Positions 48,671-58,966 of a stretch of 64,000 nucleotides of DNA are shown here, piece by piece (position 1 is the stretch's first letter; each line of letters starts with the position of its first letter). The DNA comes from an uncultured Hormoscilla sp. GTDB taxonomy: Bacteria > Cyanobacteriota > Cyanobacteriia > Cyanobacteriales > Desertifilaceae. The stretch lies in NCBI GenBank assembly GCA_963921275.4, contig OZ001293.3:6592001-6656000 (forward strand), written 5' to 3'. The notes beneath the pieces were generated by a model. The model was given only the letters and a program-made list of their open reading frames with translations. It was not told the origin of the DNA and ran no database searches. Made by a program: the position numbers and the translations under genes.

Positions 48671-49981
48671 ATGAATGTGAATTTACAGACTTCAGATCCA
48701 GAGGTGTTTGCGATTATCAATCGAGAAAGCCAGCGTCAAAGAGATAACATTGAATTAATTGCGTCTGCTAACTTTACTAGCTGTGCTGTTCTGGAAGCAA
48801 CCGGTTCAATCCTGACCAACAAGGTGGCTGAAGGGTATCCCGGACGGCGCTACTTTAGCGGCTGCGAGAATATAGATGAACTGGAAAACTTGGCCATTGA
48901 ACGAGCAAAACAATTATTTGCAGCTGCCTATGCTAATCTCGAACCATACACCGGTTCCCAGGCAAATCACGCGGTTTACCTTACCGTACTCAAAAGGGGC
49001 GATCGCATCTTAGGGATGGATCCTTGTCATGGGGGTCATCCGAGCCATGGTGCGAAATTTACCATGACAGGTGAGCACTATGACTGTCATTTTTATCAAG
49101 TAGATCCAGATACCGAGCGTCTAGACTACGATCGCATTGAAGCCAAAGCGAAAGAGATTCGTCCTCAACTGATTATTGCTGGTGCGAGTGCCTATCCCCG
49201 CATCATTGATTTCCAACGCTTTCGGGAGATTGCTGATGCAGTCGGCGCGTTTTTATTGGCTGATATGGCCCACATCTGCGGATTAGTTGCCACTGGATTA
49301 CATCCTTCTCCCATTCCCCACGCTCATTTCGTCACCACTAGCACCCAGAAAACCTTGCGCGGACCGCGCAGTGGTATGATATTGCTGGGCGAACATTCCG
49401 CACCAGAATTTGCTCGCAAGATTGACAGATCCGTCTTTCCTGGGGTACAAGGCGCTGTTCACGTCCATGCGATCGCTGCTAAAGCGGTGATGCTAAAAGA
49501 AGCCATGTCTGGCAGCTTTGCGGCCTATCAACTTCAAACCCTCGAAAATACCAGGATATTAGCAGAAGATTTGATAGCAAGGGGATTTCACCTGGTTTCT
49601 GGCGGTACGGATAACCATCTGATGCTTCTGGATCTACGAGATAAAGGCATCACCGGTAAGGAGGCTGAAGATCGCTTAGCTAGCGTCAGGATTACCGTCA
49701 ATAAAAACATGCTTCCCTACGATTCCCAGAAGGTTACAGTATGCAGCGGCATCCGGGTAGGAACAGCCGCAATTACAACTAGGGGATTTGGTTCCAAGGA
49801 AATGCATTGCATTGCCGATCTGATCGATAAAATGCTGAGCAGCGAACCGACGGTTAGCACCATCACCAAGGTTCGAGAGGAAGTCAGTCGATTGTGCCAC
49901 CAACATCCTCACATCGATTCGATTTACTCAGAAGAGGGGGCAAAATTTACCCTCGAATCCCAATACCAACTTCAAAGTTAA
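48671..49981 (+). CDS. divergent serine hydroxymethyltransferase-like PLP enzyme
   Basis: ELIASANF, AEGYPG, DMAH, TTSTQKTLRGPR, SGIRVGT; several canonical residues differ. Confidence 0.85.
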   Translation: MNVNLQTSDPEVFAIINRESQRQRDNIELIASANFTSCAVLEATGSILTNKVAEGYPGRRYFSGCENIDELENLAIERAKQLFAAAYANLEPYTGSQANHAVYLTVLKRGDRILGMDPCHGGHPSHGAKFTMTGEHYDCHFYQVDPDTERLDYDRIEAKAKEIRPQLIIAGASAYPRIIDFQRFREIADAVGAFLLADMAHICGLVATGLHPSPIPHAHFVTTSTQKTLRGPRSGMILLGEHSAPEFARKIDRSVFPGVQGAVHVHAIAAKAVMLKEAMSGSFAAYQLQTLENTRILAEDLIARGFHLVSGGTDNHLMLLDLRDKGITGKEAEDRLASVRITVNKNMLPYDSQKVTVCSGIRVGTAAITTRGFGSKEMHCIADLIDKMLSSEPTVSTITKVREEVSRLCHQHPHIDSIYSEEGAKFTLESQYQLQS

Positions 49982-50045
49982 TCCCTTTCCCCAGCTCTTC
50001 TTTGCTTTGACTGCACATCGAAAAGATCAGAGATAAGTAGATTCT

Positions 50046-50936
50046 ATGACCACAACAGCCAACTCCGATTTTTCCGGAACGGTACAAGCCACAGAACGCG
50101 CCCGAGTACATTACAATAGTGAAAATGCACGGCTGGCGCCGCGCTGTCGCGATCGGAATTTGTATGAAATTGCCATTGGCAGCGACACATTAAATTTAGG
50201 CATGTACGAGGACGATCCAGACCGCTCCATTGCAGATGGTATGGCCAAAACCACTGAATGGATGGCAGAACAAGCGGAAAACCTCAATGCAGATTTCCGC
50301 GTCCTCGACCTAGGCGCCGGATATGGACCGGCGGCACGACATTTGGCCGGGAAATATGGCTGTCACGTCACCTGTCTCAATATTAGTGAAGAGCAAAATC
50401 AGGAAAATGAGCGGCGCAATCGCGAACGGGGTCTTGATAATCTGATTGACATTGTGTTCGGCAATTTTAAGGAAATTCCTTTTGACGATGCCAGTTTCGA
50501 TCTAGTATGGTCTCAGGATGTCCTGTTTCACACTGACGGACAAGATCGAGTCCTAGAAGAAGCCTATCGGGTACTCAAACCAGGGGGACAGTTACTGTTC
50601 ATGGATATTCTGCAAGCAGATGATTGTCCAGATGGAGCATTAAAGGATTCACTCGGGCGGGTTAATATTCTTCACGAGCGTATAGGCTCTTTCCATTCCT
50701 ATACCAGTAAAGCCGAAAGCCTGGGTTTTGAAACCATCAAGGTGATCGACAAATCCTACCAGTTGCTGGTCCATTACGCGAAATTGAGGGATTCTGTAAT
50801 AGAACATTACGAGGAACTCAGCCAAAAATGTACCCCAGAATTTTTGGAGTCTTCTAAGAATGGCTTATGTCAATGGGTGGAATCGGCTGAGAAAGGTATG
50901 TTTAAATGGGGTCTATTTCATTTTCGCCGTCCATAA
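50046..50936 (+). CDS. SAM-dependent methyltransferase, sarcosine/dimethylglycine MT-like
   Basis: VLDLGAGYG..ARHLA, CLNISEEQN, VWSQD..H, RVLKPGG. Confidence 0.85.
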   Translation: MTTTANSDFSGTVQATERARVHYNSENARLAPRCRDRNLYEIAIGSDTLNLGMYEDDPDRSIADGMAKTTEWMAEQAENLNADFRVLDLGAGYGPAARHLAGKYGCHVTCLNISEEQNQENERRNRERGLDNLIDIVFGNFKEIPFDDASFDLVWSQDVLFHTDGQDRVLEEAYRVLKPGGQLLFMDILQADDCPDGALKDSLGRVNILHERIGSFHSYTSKAESLGFETIKVIDKSYQLLVHYAKLRDSVIEHYEELSQKCTPEFLESSKNGLCQWVESAEKGMFKWGLFHFRRP

Positions 50937-51018
50937 GTAAGTTTTTGTCGATCGATAGGTAATAGTAGGGTGGGGAATGCCCACCCTACTCCCTGTGGTG
51001 TATTTTAAAGTACAGAAC

Positions 51019-51829
51019 ATGAATGCTCAAGAAGTTGTCAAAACTAATCAGAACTTGAAATACCAGTACGATAATGACATAGCCGATGTGTTTGAAGAGT
51101 ACCTCCAGACCGACTATCGGAGGGCCGCAAAGGAGCTATTTGTAGCAGCGGTTGGTGATGTGGAGGGTCAACGGGTACTAGAGCTATCCTGCGGAACCGG
51201 CTCCATCGCGCGAGGACTCAAGCAGGCTTATTCGTCAGCGAGCATTGTTGGCAGCGATATCAGCAGTGGAATGATCGCCAAGGCACAGGAAATAGAAGCT
51301 GCCGAGCCTTTGGGGATTCAATATCTCGTGGGGGATGCCATGACCCAGGGAGCTGTGGACGGTGGCAACTATGATGTCGTGGTTGCCCACTGCCTGTTTT
51401 GTTATGCCAAGGACAAGACAGAACTCCGGAGTATGGTGCAAACTTGTTATGATAACCTCCGTCCAGGGACGTCTGGTTTTAGCGGTTAATAATGATGTAT
51501 GGACGCGAACAAGCATAAAGCGGCCTTACAGAGCGGGCGTTTCCATCTTTCAGGCTTCAACCAGTGGGCGCGACCCTGCAGACACTCAGGAAGGCGAGCA
51601 GTGCGAGTGTAATGTGAAGCTACCAGACGGGCAAATGGAGACATCTTGGCATTATCACTGGGAAGAGCAAACCTGCCTACAGATGCTCTCAAGCGTCGGT
51701 TTTTCCCAAGCAAAGCTCGAACCTTTCACTCTGGAACTTGTGCCAGCTTCTCAGAGGTTCGATCCTGGATATACATCCTTTGTTGATTTTCCCTTCTCAA
51801 CCATTCTTCGTGCGTGGAAACCAGAGTAG
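51019..51829 (+). pseudogene. class I SAM methyltransferase, frameshift near 51470
   Basis: VLELSCGTG, GSDISSGMI; NLRPG|RLVLAV continues in another frame. Confidence 0.75.
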
Positions 51830-51872
51830 TAATCAAGAACAGGACTATTGCCCAACTTCGGGAAAAATGATA

Positions 51873-52016
51873 TAGCAGTTCTCAGATTAGTGTGATATGT
51901 TGTAGGAGATTGCTTCGGGGGGTAACTCTAGAAAAGCATAAGTTACTCGCTAGTCTCCCCCCCTCGCAATGACAAATAAACGATTATGCTGTACCACATC
52001 AATTTTAAAAATGCTA
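51873..52016. mobile_element. MITE-like element (TAGCA...TGCTA, TA flanks)
   Basis: Short TIR; internal gattgcttcg..ctcgcaatgac palindrome also seen near 58096-58187. Confidence 0.5.
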
Positions 52017-52058
52017 TAACCAACCATCAATTATCAGAAATTGCTTAGAAATACTGTA

Positions 52059-53393
52059 ATGAACGCTCAAGAAATTGTCAAAACTCATCGCAACCACGTC
52101 TTTTTTTCCTGGGTACCTCAGAAAAATATCCAAAATCCCATAGTTATGGATCGTGCTGAGGGGGTTTACTTCTGGGATAAAGACGGCAAAAAGTACCTGG
52201 ATTTTTCCAGCCAGTATGTCAATATGAATATTGGCCACAGTCACCCCAAGGCGATCGCAGCCATAAAAGACCAAGCCGATCGACTCGCGTTCGCCCATCC
52301 GGGTACGGCCACAGAAATTCGTGCGGCAACAGCAGCTAAGTTAGCTGAAATTACACCAGGGGATCTGAGCAAGGTTTTCTTTACCCTGAGTGGGGCTGAA
52401 GCGATTGAAAATGCCATTAAAATAGCCCGTATGTATACGGGACGGCATAAAATAGTTAGCCGATATCGCAGCTATCATGGCGCTACCCTCGGTGCCGCGA
52501 TCGCGGGAGGAGACCCCAGACGCTTAGCTCACGAACCTACTATTAGCGGGATAGTTCGGGTTCACGACCCCTATGCCTACCGTTGCCCTTTTGGCTACGC
52601 ACCGGAAGGAAATCCCCAAGTTTACATCGATCACGTGATTCAAACCATTGAGTTTGAGGGGCCCGAAAACGTGGCGGCGATCCTGATGGAAACTATTACT
52701 GGTTTCAACGGCGTTATTATTCCCCCCGATGGTTACTGGCAAGCCCTGCGGGAATATGCTGACCAGCACGGCATCTTGCTGATTTGTGACGAAGTTATAG
52801 CAGGATTTGGTCGCACGGGGAAAATGTTTGCGATCGAGCATTATGGAGTGGTTCCCGATATTATGGCGATGGCTAAGGGACTCACCTGCGGGTATATTCC
52901 TATGGGTGCGGTGATAGTACGACAGCAAATCGCCGATTATTTTGAAACCAACCCCTTTGTTTGCGGGCTTACCTTTAGCGGTCATCCCATCGGTTGCGCT
53001 GTTGCCCTGGCGACAATGGAGGTTTATGAAGAAGAAAATCTGGTGGAAAATAGCCGGCTTATGGGAATACGCATGGCAGAAAAGCTAGAGGAAATGAAGG
53101 CCAAGCATCCATCGGTGGGAGATGTCCGCAGTTTAGGACTTTATGGAGTCATAGAATGCGTGAAGAATCGAGAAACACGAGAACCGATGGCCCCTTGGAA
53201 TGCCAAACCCCACGAAATGGTGGTTATGGGTAAAGTTGCTGCCCGTCTTCGGGAGCTGGGTCTGCACGGTCTCGTGCGCTGGAACTGGGTGTTTATGTCC
53301 CCCCCACTTTGCATCAATGAAGAGCAGCTTGAAGAAGGCTTTGCTATAATTGACGATGCTTTGAAAATTGCTGATGCCGCCTACGTTGGTTAA
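52059..53393 (+). CDS. class III (omega) aminotransferase
   Basis: YLDFSSQ, SGAEAIE, SYHGAT, LICDEVIAGFGRTG, MAKGLT. Confidence 0.92.
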   Translation: MNAQEIVKTHRNHVFFSWVPQKNIQNPIVMDRAEGVYFWDKDGKKYLDFSSQYVNMNIGHSHPKAIAAIKDQADRLAFAHPGTATEIRAATAAKLAEITPGDLSKVFFTLSGAEAIENAIKIARMYTGRHKIVSRYRSYHGATLGAAIAGGDPRRLAHEPTISGIVRVHDPYAYRCPFGYAPEGNPQVYIDHVIQTIEFEGPENVAAILMETITGFNGVIIPPDGYWQALREYADQHGILLICDEVIAGFGRTGKMFAIEHYGVVPDIMAMAKGLTCGYIPMGAVIVRQQIADYFETNPFVCGLTFSGHPIGCAVALATMEVYEEENLVENSRLMGIRMAEKLEEMKAKHPSVGDVRSLGLYGVIECVKNRETREPMAPWNAKPHEMVVMGKVAARLRELGLHGLVRWNWVFMSPPLCINEEQLEEGFAIIDDALKIADAAYVG

Positions 53394-53421
53394 TAAGCCC
53401 ATCACGATATGAAATAGGAGA

Positions 53422-54282
53422 GTGACCATGCGGATTGGATTTATTGGTCTTGGTAATATGGGCAGTGGGATGGTTGCTAATCTGCTCGCTCGAGGGTTTG
53501 ATGTTTCAGTGTACGATATCCAACCAGAAAAAGCAGAAGCCTTAATAGCAGCTGGAGCTGTTTGGCGCAATTCTATCCCGGAGGTGACAGAGGATGCTGA
53601 TGTCATTATGACCAGTCTGCCAGGACCGAAGCAACTGGAATCTGTGATGTTGGGAGATGCTGGAGTTATTGCTCGCGCAAGATCGGGAGCGGTTTGGCTC
53701 GATACGGGAACCAATTCAATAGAAATCATGGAAAAGATTTCGACCCTTGCTGGAGAACGAGACATCTCCTCTATTGCTGCGCCTGTTTCAGGGGGGGCAA
53801 AGGGGGCTGAAACTGGTACTCTATCCATGTTTGTTGGCGGCGATCGAGAGACCTTTGACAAAATTAAAGGGATATTGGAAGCCATTGGTTCCCAAATTTA
53901 TCATGTGGGGCCACTTTCCCATGCCATCCTTTCCAAGTTGTTGATCAATTATCTGTGCTTCATTAATACCAAAGCCCTGGGCGAGGTACTGTCCTTGGGC
54001 AGAGAAGCAGGAATTGACCCGCAGCAACTGACAAAGATGATTCAAGCGGGTTCGGGGAGTAGCTGGGTGGCAGAAAAATTGCTTCCTTCTATTTTAGAAG
54101 GGAATCCAGGACCTGCTTTTACCTTGAACTTAGCTCACAAGGATGCCTGTTTGATTGATGAACTCAATCAAACATTTAAAACATCTTTAGAATTTTCAGA
54201 GCGTCTGTCTGAGGTATTACGACAGGCTTGTGCGACCTATGGTGGGGATAAAAGTTTTACTCGGATGATGGACTTGCAGTAG
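53422..54282 (+). CDS. beta-hydroxyacid dehydrogenase (HIBADH family)
   Basis: FIGLGNMG, APVSGG, catalytic K in SKLLIN, F.L.LAHKD. Confidence 0.9.
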   Translation: MTMRIGFIGLGNMGSGMVANLLARGFDVSVYDIQPEKAEALIAAGAVWRNSIPEVTEDADVIMTSLPGPKQLESVMLGDAGVIARARSGAVWLDTGTNSIEIMEKISTLAGERDISSIAAPVSGGAKGAETGTLSMFVGGDRETFDKIKGILEAIGSQIYHVGPLSHAILSKLLINYLCFINTKALGEVLSLGREAGIDPQQLTKMIQAGSGSSWVAEKLLPSILEGNPGPAFTLNLAHKDACLIDELNQTFKTSLEFSERLSEVLRQACATYGGDKSFTRMMDLQ

Positions 54283-54295
54283 GAAGGAGAAAGCG

Positions 54296-55483
54296 ATGAG
54301 TCATGGTAAATTGGTGATGGACCTTTCCCAAGGGATATACAAGCTATCCAAAGTCCAACAAGACAACAGCAAGCTGTTCGTCTATTGGGGCGACGGTCAT
54401 CGGAGTACCTTTCACTATATTTGGCTAAGGGATAACTGTTATTGCACTCTGTGCGGGAACCCTAGACATGGAGAAAAGCGTTTTCGGATCGTTGATGTTC
54501 CCTTAGACATAGAACCACTGTCAGTTCATGTAGATAGTGACAACACACTTAAAATCTCATGGTCACCCGACAACCATAACAGCGTTTATGATGCTCGGTG
54601 GTTGCGACAGCACTGCTATTCTGCGACCGAGAGAGAGCATCGCCAGCATCGACCCATTCTTTGGGATAGCAAGATTGTAACTAGCCTGCCGCAGATTGCC
54701 TATGAACAAGTCCTCGGTGGAGATGCGGGTCGGTTGCAACTGCTAGAACATCTGAGAAATTATGGGATTTGTTTTGTGCGAAACGTACCTCCTCAAACGG
54801 TCGAACTCGAAGGATTCGCCCAGTCATTTGGTCCCTTATTAGAGACTAATTACGGACGTATGTTCGAGATTGTTGTAGACCCAGAGTCAAGCCAGAAAAG
54901 TGTTGCAAACTCCCAACTTGACCTCATACTCCACACGGATGATGCCTATCAATATGCACCACCGGGAATTATTTTCTTCCATTGTATAATGGCAAATGAC
55001 GATGGCAGCGGTCAGTCTACCTTTGTGGATGGCTTTAAAATAGCAGAGGTGCTATGTCAGGAGGATTCGGAGGCGTTCGATATACTCTGTCGTTACGAGG
55101 TTCCTTTCCGAAAATATTACAGCGATCGCATTGATATGCAGTTTAGCAGTCCGGTTTTTGGCTTAGATAGTGGTGGTAATTTGAAGGAAGTTCGGATTAG
55201 CAATCTATTTCCCGCTCCCTTGGACTTGCCAGAGGAGATTATCGAGCCATTTTATGCCGCATACAGAAAGCTAATGCAGCTGATTACCGATCCAAGATAC
55301 TGCCTGAAACAAGGTATGCAACCAGGAGACCTGGTGATATTTGATAACCATCGTATCCTGCACGGGCGCACTGCAATCGGGAGGCAAAATCAGCGCCGCC
55401 ATTTGCGCTACTGTTCGGTAGACTGCGACTATTTCCATAGCTGGCGACGACTTCTTGAGAAGAATCTCAGCTTTCGGGGATAG
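54296..55483 (+). CDS. Fe/2OG dioxygenase, gamma-butyrobetaine/trimethyllysine hydroxylase family
   Basis: N-terminal WLRDNCYCTLC Zn motif, LHTD, DNHRILHGR. Confidence 0.9.
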   Translation: MSHGKLVMDLSQGIYKLSKVQQDNSKLFVYWGDGHRSTFHYIWLRDNCYCTLCGNPRHGEKRFRIVDVPLDIEPLSVHVDSDNTLKISWSPDNHNSVYDARWLRQHCYSATEREHRQHRPILWDSKIVTSLPQIAYEQVLGGDAGRLQLLEHLRNYGICFVRNVPPQTVELEGFAQSFGPLLETNYGRMFEIVVDPESSQKSVANSQLDLILHTDDAYQYAPPGIIFFHCIMANDDGSGQSTFVDGFKIAEVLCQEDSEAFDILCRYEVPFRKYYSDRIDMQFSSPVFGLDSGGNLKEVRISNLFPAPLDLPEEIIEPFYAAYRKLMQLITDPRYCLKQGMQPGDLVIFDNHRILHGRTAIGRQNQRRHLRYCSVDCDYFHSWRRLLEKNLSFRG

Positions 55484-56111
55484 GTTGCAAATCGGGAATG
55501 GCTTGGCGGAGTTTCGAGAAGGACCAGGCATCTTCGCGCAATAGCCGAGCCGTTGACCCTGTAAAGTCAACAAGGGTAGAAGGTTGTTGTTCGGGGTTTG
55601 GCCCTCCATCCAGAACCAGTGGAACTCGCTCTCCCAATTGTGCGGCAACTTCAGGGGCTGTTTTCTGAGTCTCCATCCCTGAGATGTTAGCACTGGTTAC
55701 GGCCAGGGGATCGCCAATCCGACGCACCAATTCCAAACAAAGCTGATGGTTGGGTATTCGGACTGCTACAGTATTCTGACCTGATGTCACAAATGATGGG
55801 ACAATTTCAGTCTTGCCGAAGATGCCAGACATGGCCCCCGGCCAAATTTTTCGGAGTTCCGAAAGCGTACTTTTGGGAATTTCTTGGGTCACAAGTTGCA
55901 GTTGTTCAAAACTAGCTACATAAATTATGAGCGGTTTCTGGGGCGATCGGGATTTAACCTCAAAAATCTTTTTAAAGCCCGATTCCCGAGCTATGCTGGC
56001 TCCAATCCCATAAATCGTATCGGTTGGGAATACGACCACATCGCCCTTTTTCAGCAACTCCACTGCCTTGCTTACGGCTGCTTGATTATCAACTGGTAAA
56101 ATTTCTATCAT
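55467..56111 (-). CDS. tsaC: L-threonylcarbamoyladenylate synthase (Sua5/YrdC)
   Basis: FPTDTIYG, K.R..KPL, AVRIP, TSANISG, PSTLVD. Confidence 0.92.
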   Translation of the reverse strand: MIEILPVDNQAAVSKAVELLKKGDVVVFPTDTIYGIGASIARESGFKKIFEVKSRSPQKPLIIYVASFEQLQLVTQEIPKSTLSELRKIWPGAMSGIFGKTEIVPSFVTSGQNTVAVRIPNHQLCLELVRRIGDPLAVTSANISGMETQKTAPEVAAQLGERVPLVLDGGPNPEQQPSTLVDFTGSTARLLREDAWSFSKLRQAIPDLQPIPES

Positions 56112-56167
56112 CTCTTCTCCTTACCTTAATAGAATAGTCAGCCACTGGCTTGGACGATCGATCTTTT

Positions 56168-56980
56168 CTATGGTTCAGCAGTTTGACTCTGCCGCGCGGC
56201 TTCCACAAACTGACTGACTCGGATGGGATCGATCGGTTGGTCGATTTTACCGTGCCGCTTCAGGGAACTGGAAACTATCACCCCGTCTGCTGCTGGCATC
56301 AGGGTGGAAATATTTTCCCAGTTCGCCCCACTGCCGATGAACACTGGGGTGCCCTTTGCTGCTGAATATGCTATTTCCAAGTCTGACTGACTCGGAGGGC
56401 TGCCAGTTGTCTCGCCAGATATAATCACTCCATCTGCTAAACCCCGCTCGATCGTTTCTTGTACCACTGCGGTCAAAGAAGGTGTACCCAAGGGACTTCC
56501 ATGCTTGACTAATACATCAGCGAGAATTTTCACGTCACTGCCTAATTCTCGCCGGTAGCGCAGCAGTTGATGGGCTTGCCCCTCAATTAAGCCTTGGTCC
56601 GTTGCCATGACGCCAGTGAGGACGTTGACGCGGATGAACGAGGCATTTACACAGGAGGCGATCGCCATGGCGCTGCGAGCATCATTGCGCAGCATGTTGA
56701 TGCCAATTGGCAGACTCACCAAGTTCATCAGTCGCATCACTATCATAGTCATAGCGCTCACTACCGCCGGATCCACTCTGTCTTTGGTAAAAGGCGCATC
56801 AAAAAAGTTCTCTAGGATGATTGCGTCTACCCCACCTGACGCTAATGCTGCCGCCTCTTGCTCTGCCCTAGCTATAACTGCTTTCAGGTCGAAGGACCAC
56901 CGGGCCGACGTGGGTAGAGGCTGTAAATGTACCACACCAACGATCGGGTGCGCTGTGTTAAAGGTCTGAATCAAATCCAT
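56168..56980 (-). CDS. btpA: photosystem I biogenesis protein BtpA
   Basis: GVVHLQPLP, ENFFDAPF, GINMLRND, ADVLVKH. Confidence 0.93.
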   Translation of the reverse strand: MDLIQTFNTAHPIVGVVHLQPLPTSARWSFDLKAVIARAEQEAAALASGGVDAIILENFFDAPFTKDRVDPAVVSAMTMIVMRLMNLVSLPIGINMLRNDARSAMAIASCVNASFIRVNVLTGVMATDQGLIEGQAHQLLRYRRELGSDVKILADVLVKHGSPLGTPSLTAVVQETIERGLADGVIISGETTGSPPSQSDLEIAYSAAKGTPVFIGSGANWENISTLMPAADGVIVSSSLKRHGKIDQPIDPIRVSQFVEAARQSQTAEP

Positions 56981-57127
56981 CTTTATGGTATATAGCGATC
57001 GAGGCTGATTGGGTCATCAATATTTAACCAGGGCTATCACCCAGCTATCAATATTCTCATAGGTTGTCAGTTGTGGCTTGTCAGTTGTGGCTTGTCAGCA
57101 CCATCTCCTATAACAGGTGATTATTTA

Positions 57128-57243
57128 TAGCATTTCACACAAATTACGGTAATATGGGAAAATCGCGCTCAACCCTTATGCTGTCTGCAATTTCCCGTAC
57201 CTCATTAATCTGATATCGGATCGCATCTATCTGAGAAACGCTA
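57128..57243. mobile_element. MITE, same family as 435-545
   Basis: TAGCATTTC...GAGAAACGCTA with TA flanks. Confidence 0.6.
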
Positions 57244-57375
57244 TATTTAAGTAAAAATACTGAACTCACGATCTGGACATGCTCCCACATAAGCTGTCAC
57301 GCATTTAAATTGCATAGGTCGAAAAGCGTGCCGAGTCCTTCAGGACAAGAGCAACGGAATACTGTGTTGGACTGA

Positions 57376-57420
57376 ACAACTTACAACTCACAACTCACAA
57401 CTCACAATTCACAACTAACA
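57376..57420. repeat. heptamer tandem repeat (ACAACTC-like, STRR type)
   Basis: acaactt acaactc acaactc acaactc acaattc acaacta; similar runs near 407-434 and 21220-21245. Confidence 0.8.
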
Positions 57421-57422
57421 TT

Positions 57423-57923
57423 TTATGACATTACTTCTACAAAAGCTGTATTTTTAGCATGTTCTCTAAACTCGACACGTTTTACTCTAACTCTTCCTTT
57501 TGTTTCTGCTTGTACGAACTCATCCAGCTTTTGGAAGACCAACTCTGCAAATTTCTCTGCTCCCACTGCCAGCACAACTCTCAGCTGGATCAAACCTATA
57601 CTTTCTAACTTGTAAAACTCGTCCAGGTGTGGATCGTCTTCTGCAACTATTACTGTATGATCGAACATGTAATCCATCCATTCTTTAGGATTCATCCCGT
57701 CTATCTTACACTTCGCTCTTTTCATTCCCCCAAATTCCCATACCCAGTTACATTCATCTAACTCTCCTTCAAACCATACTTTGAAAGATACACCGTAACC
57801 ATGTAAGTATTTGCAGTGGGTTCCTGACGCTTTCCATTGTCGAAAGCAAGTTGAAAAGCCATCGAACACTTTCGTCGATACATACTTGATAACAGGTTTT
57901 TTATTTGTCGAGTTACTTGCCAT
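57423..57923 (-). CDS. queD: 6-carboxytetrahydropterin synthase (PTPS/QueD family)
   Basis: HCKYLHGY, FDH, GAEKFAE, EFREH. Confidence 0.8.
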   Translation of the reverse strand: MASNSTNKKPVIKYVSTKVFDGFSTCFRQWKASGTHCKYLHGYGVSFKVWFEGELDECNWVWEFGGMKRAKCKIDGMNPKEWMDYMFDHTVIVAEDDPHLDEFYKLESIGLIQLRVVLAVGAEKFAELVFQKLDEFVQAETKGRVRVKRVEFREHAKNTAFVEVMS

Positions 57924-58399
57924 TATTTCCGGTTGAAAATGTTATCAATATACTTATCACTTGGGTGCGCTCAAAACCAGTTAGTAAAAGAAAGGTAAAG
58001 TCATGACTATCTCACCGGTTGATAAGTATTGATTTTCTCCTCTATAACTACTTTTGATCGCATCCCTTTCAAAGCTTCATAGTAACCTCCCTTATGTCAT
58101 TGCGAGGGGGGCCTATTGAGAGATGCTTGTGCTCCAGGAAGTAACCCCCTGGCCTTCGCAGCAGCAGATTGCTTCGTGTCTCGCAACAAGCTCCGGAGGT
58201 TTTCCCGGCAAAGACGTTATAGCTGTTTTCTACTGAATGATGTGCAGCTATCAGCAGTTGGGTAGCTTGCAGATTTTCGGCAGTAGATTTCACCTCTGGC
58301 CTTTCAATGGTCGCAGAAGATCGTGCCTCCCATTTGCCGAATCACCGCAGCATGATTGTCTCGGTAGATTTTCTCTTTTTCTCTGAATTTAGCTGTTTC

Positions 58400-58966
58400 T
58401 TACAATGCTTTACTGCCTTGATTTTTGCGAAACCACCCGAGCATTTTGATGCCAGTTGCGATGAGTCCGAGCAATCCCAAGCCGACTAACAAAACATAAA
58501 TCGGTTTCAACAAACTCCCCAGATAGGATCCTTGATGAATTGTCATGAAAATTTCGGCTTGTTCGCTGGACATACCCAACCAACTTTTGCCAAGGCGGTA
58601 GGAAATTTCAGAAAGAGCGCTGACGACTAAAGGGAGGAAAAAAATCGGCGCAAGCAGGCGATGTATTTTGCGCACGTCGATGGCGCTTGGCGGGCGATCG
58701 CTGCTGAAGCGGCGAATCATGGTGAAGCCGCTGACTATCATGCCGATGAGTCCCAAACCAAGTAACAGCACGTAAATCGGTTTTATTTGGTCTCCCAAAT
58801 ATTCTCCTTGGTGAATCACCATGAAAATGTCTGCTGTTTCACTGGACATGCCAAACCAGCTTTTGCCAATTCGATAAATTATTCCTGTGAGGGCACTCAG
58901 CAACAAAGGAATGAAGATAATTGGCGCAAGTTTTCGGTGAATTTTCCGAAATAATACTCTATTCAT
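58400..58966 (-). CDS. PepSY-associated TM-helix membrane protein, internally duplicated
   Basis: Two repeats of RKIHR.LAPI..IHQG.YLG. Confidence 0.8.
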   Translation of the reverse strand: MNRVLFRKIHRKLAPIIFIPLLLSALTGIIYRIGKSWFGMSSETADIFMVIHQGEYLGDQIKPIYVLLLGLGLIGMIVSGFTMIRRFSSDRPPSAIDVRKIHRLLAPIFFLPLVVSALSEISYRLGKSWLGMSSEQAEIFMTIHQGSYLGSLLKPIYVLLVGLGLLGLIATGIKMLGWFRKNQGSKAL

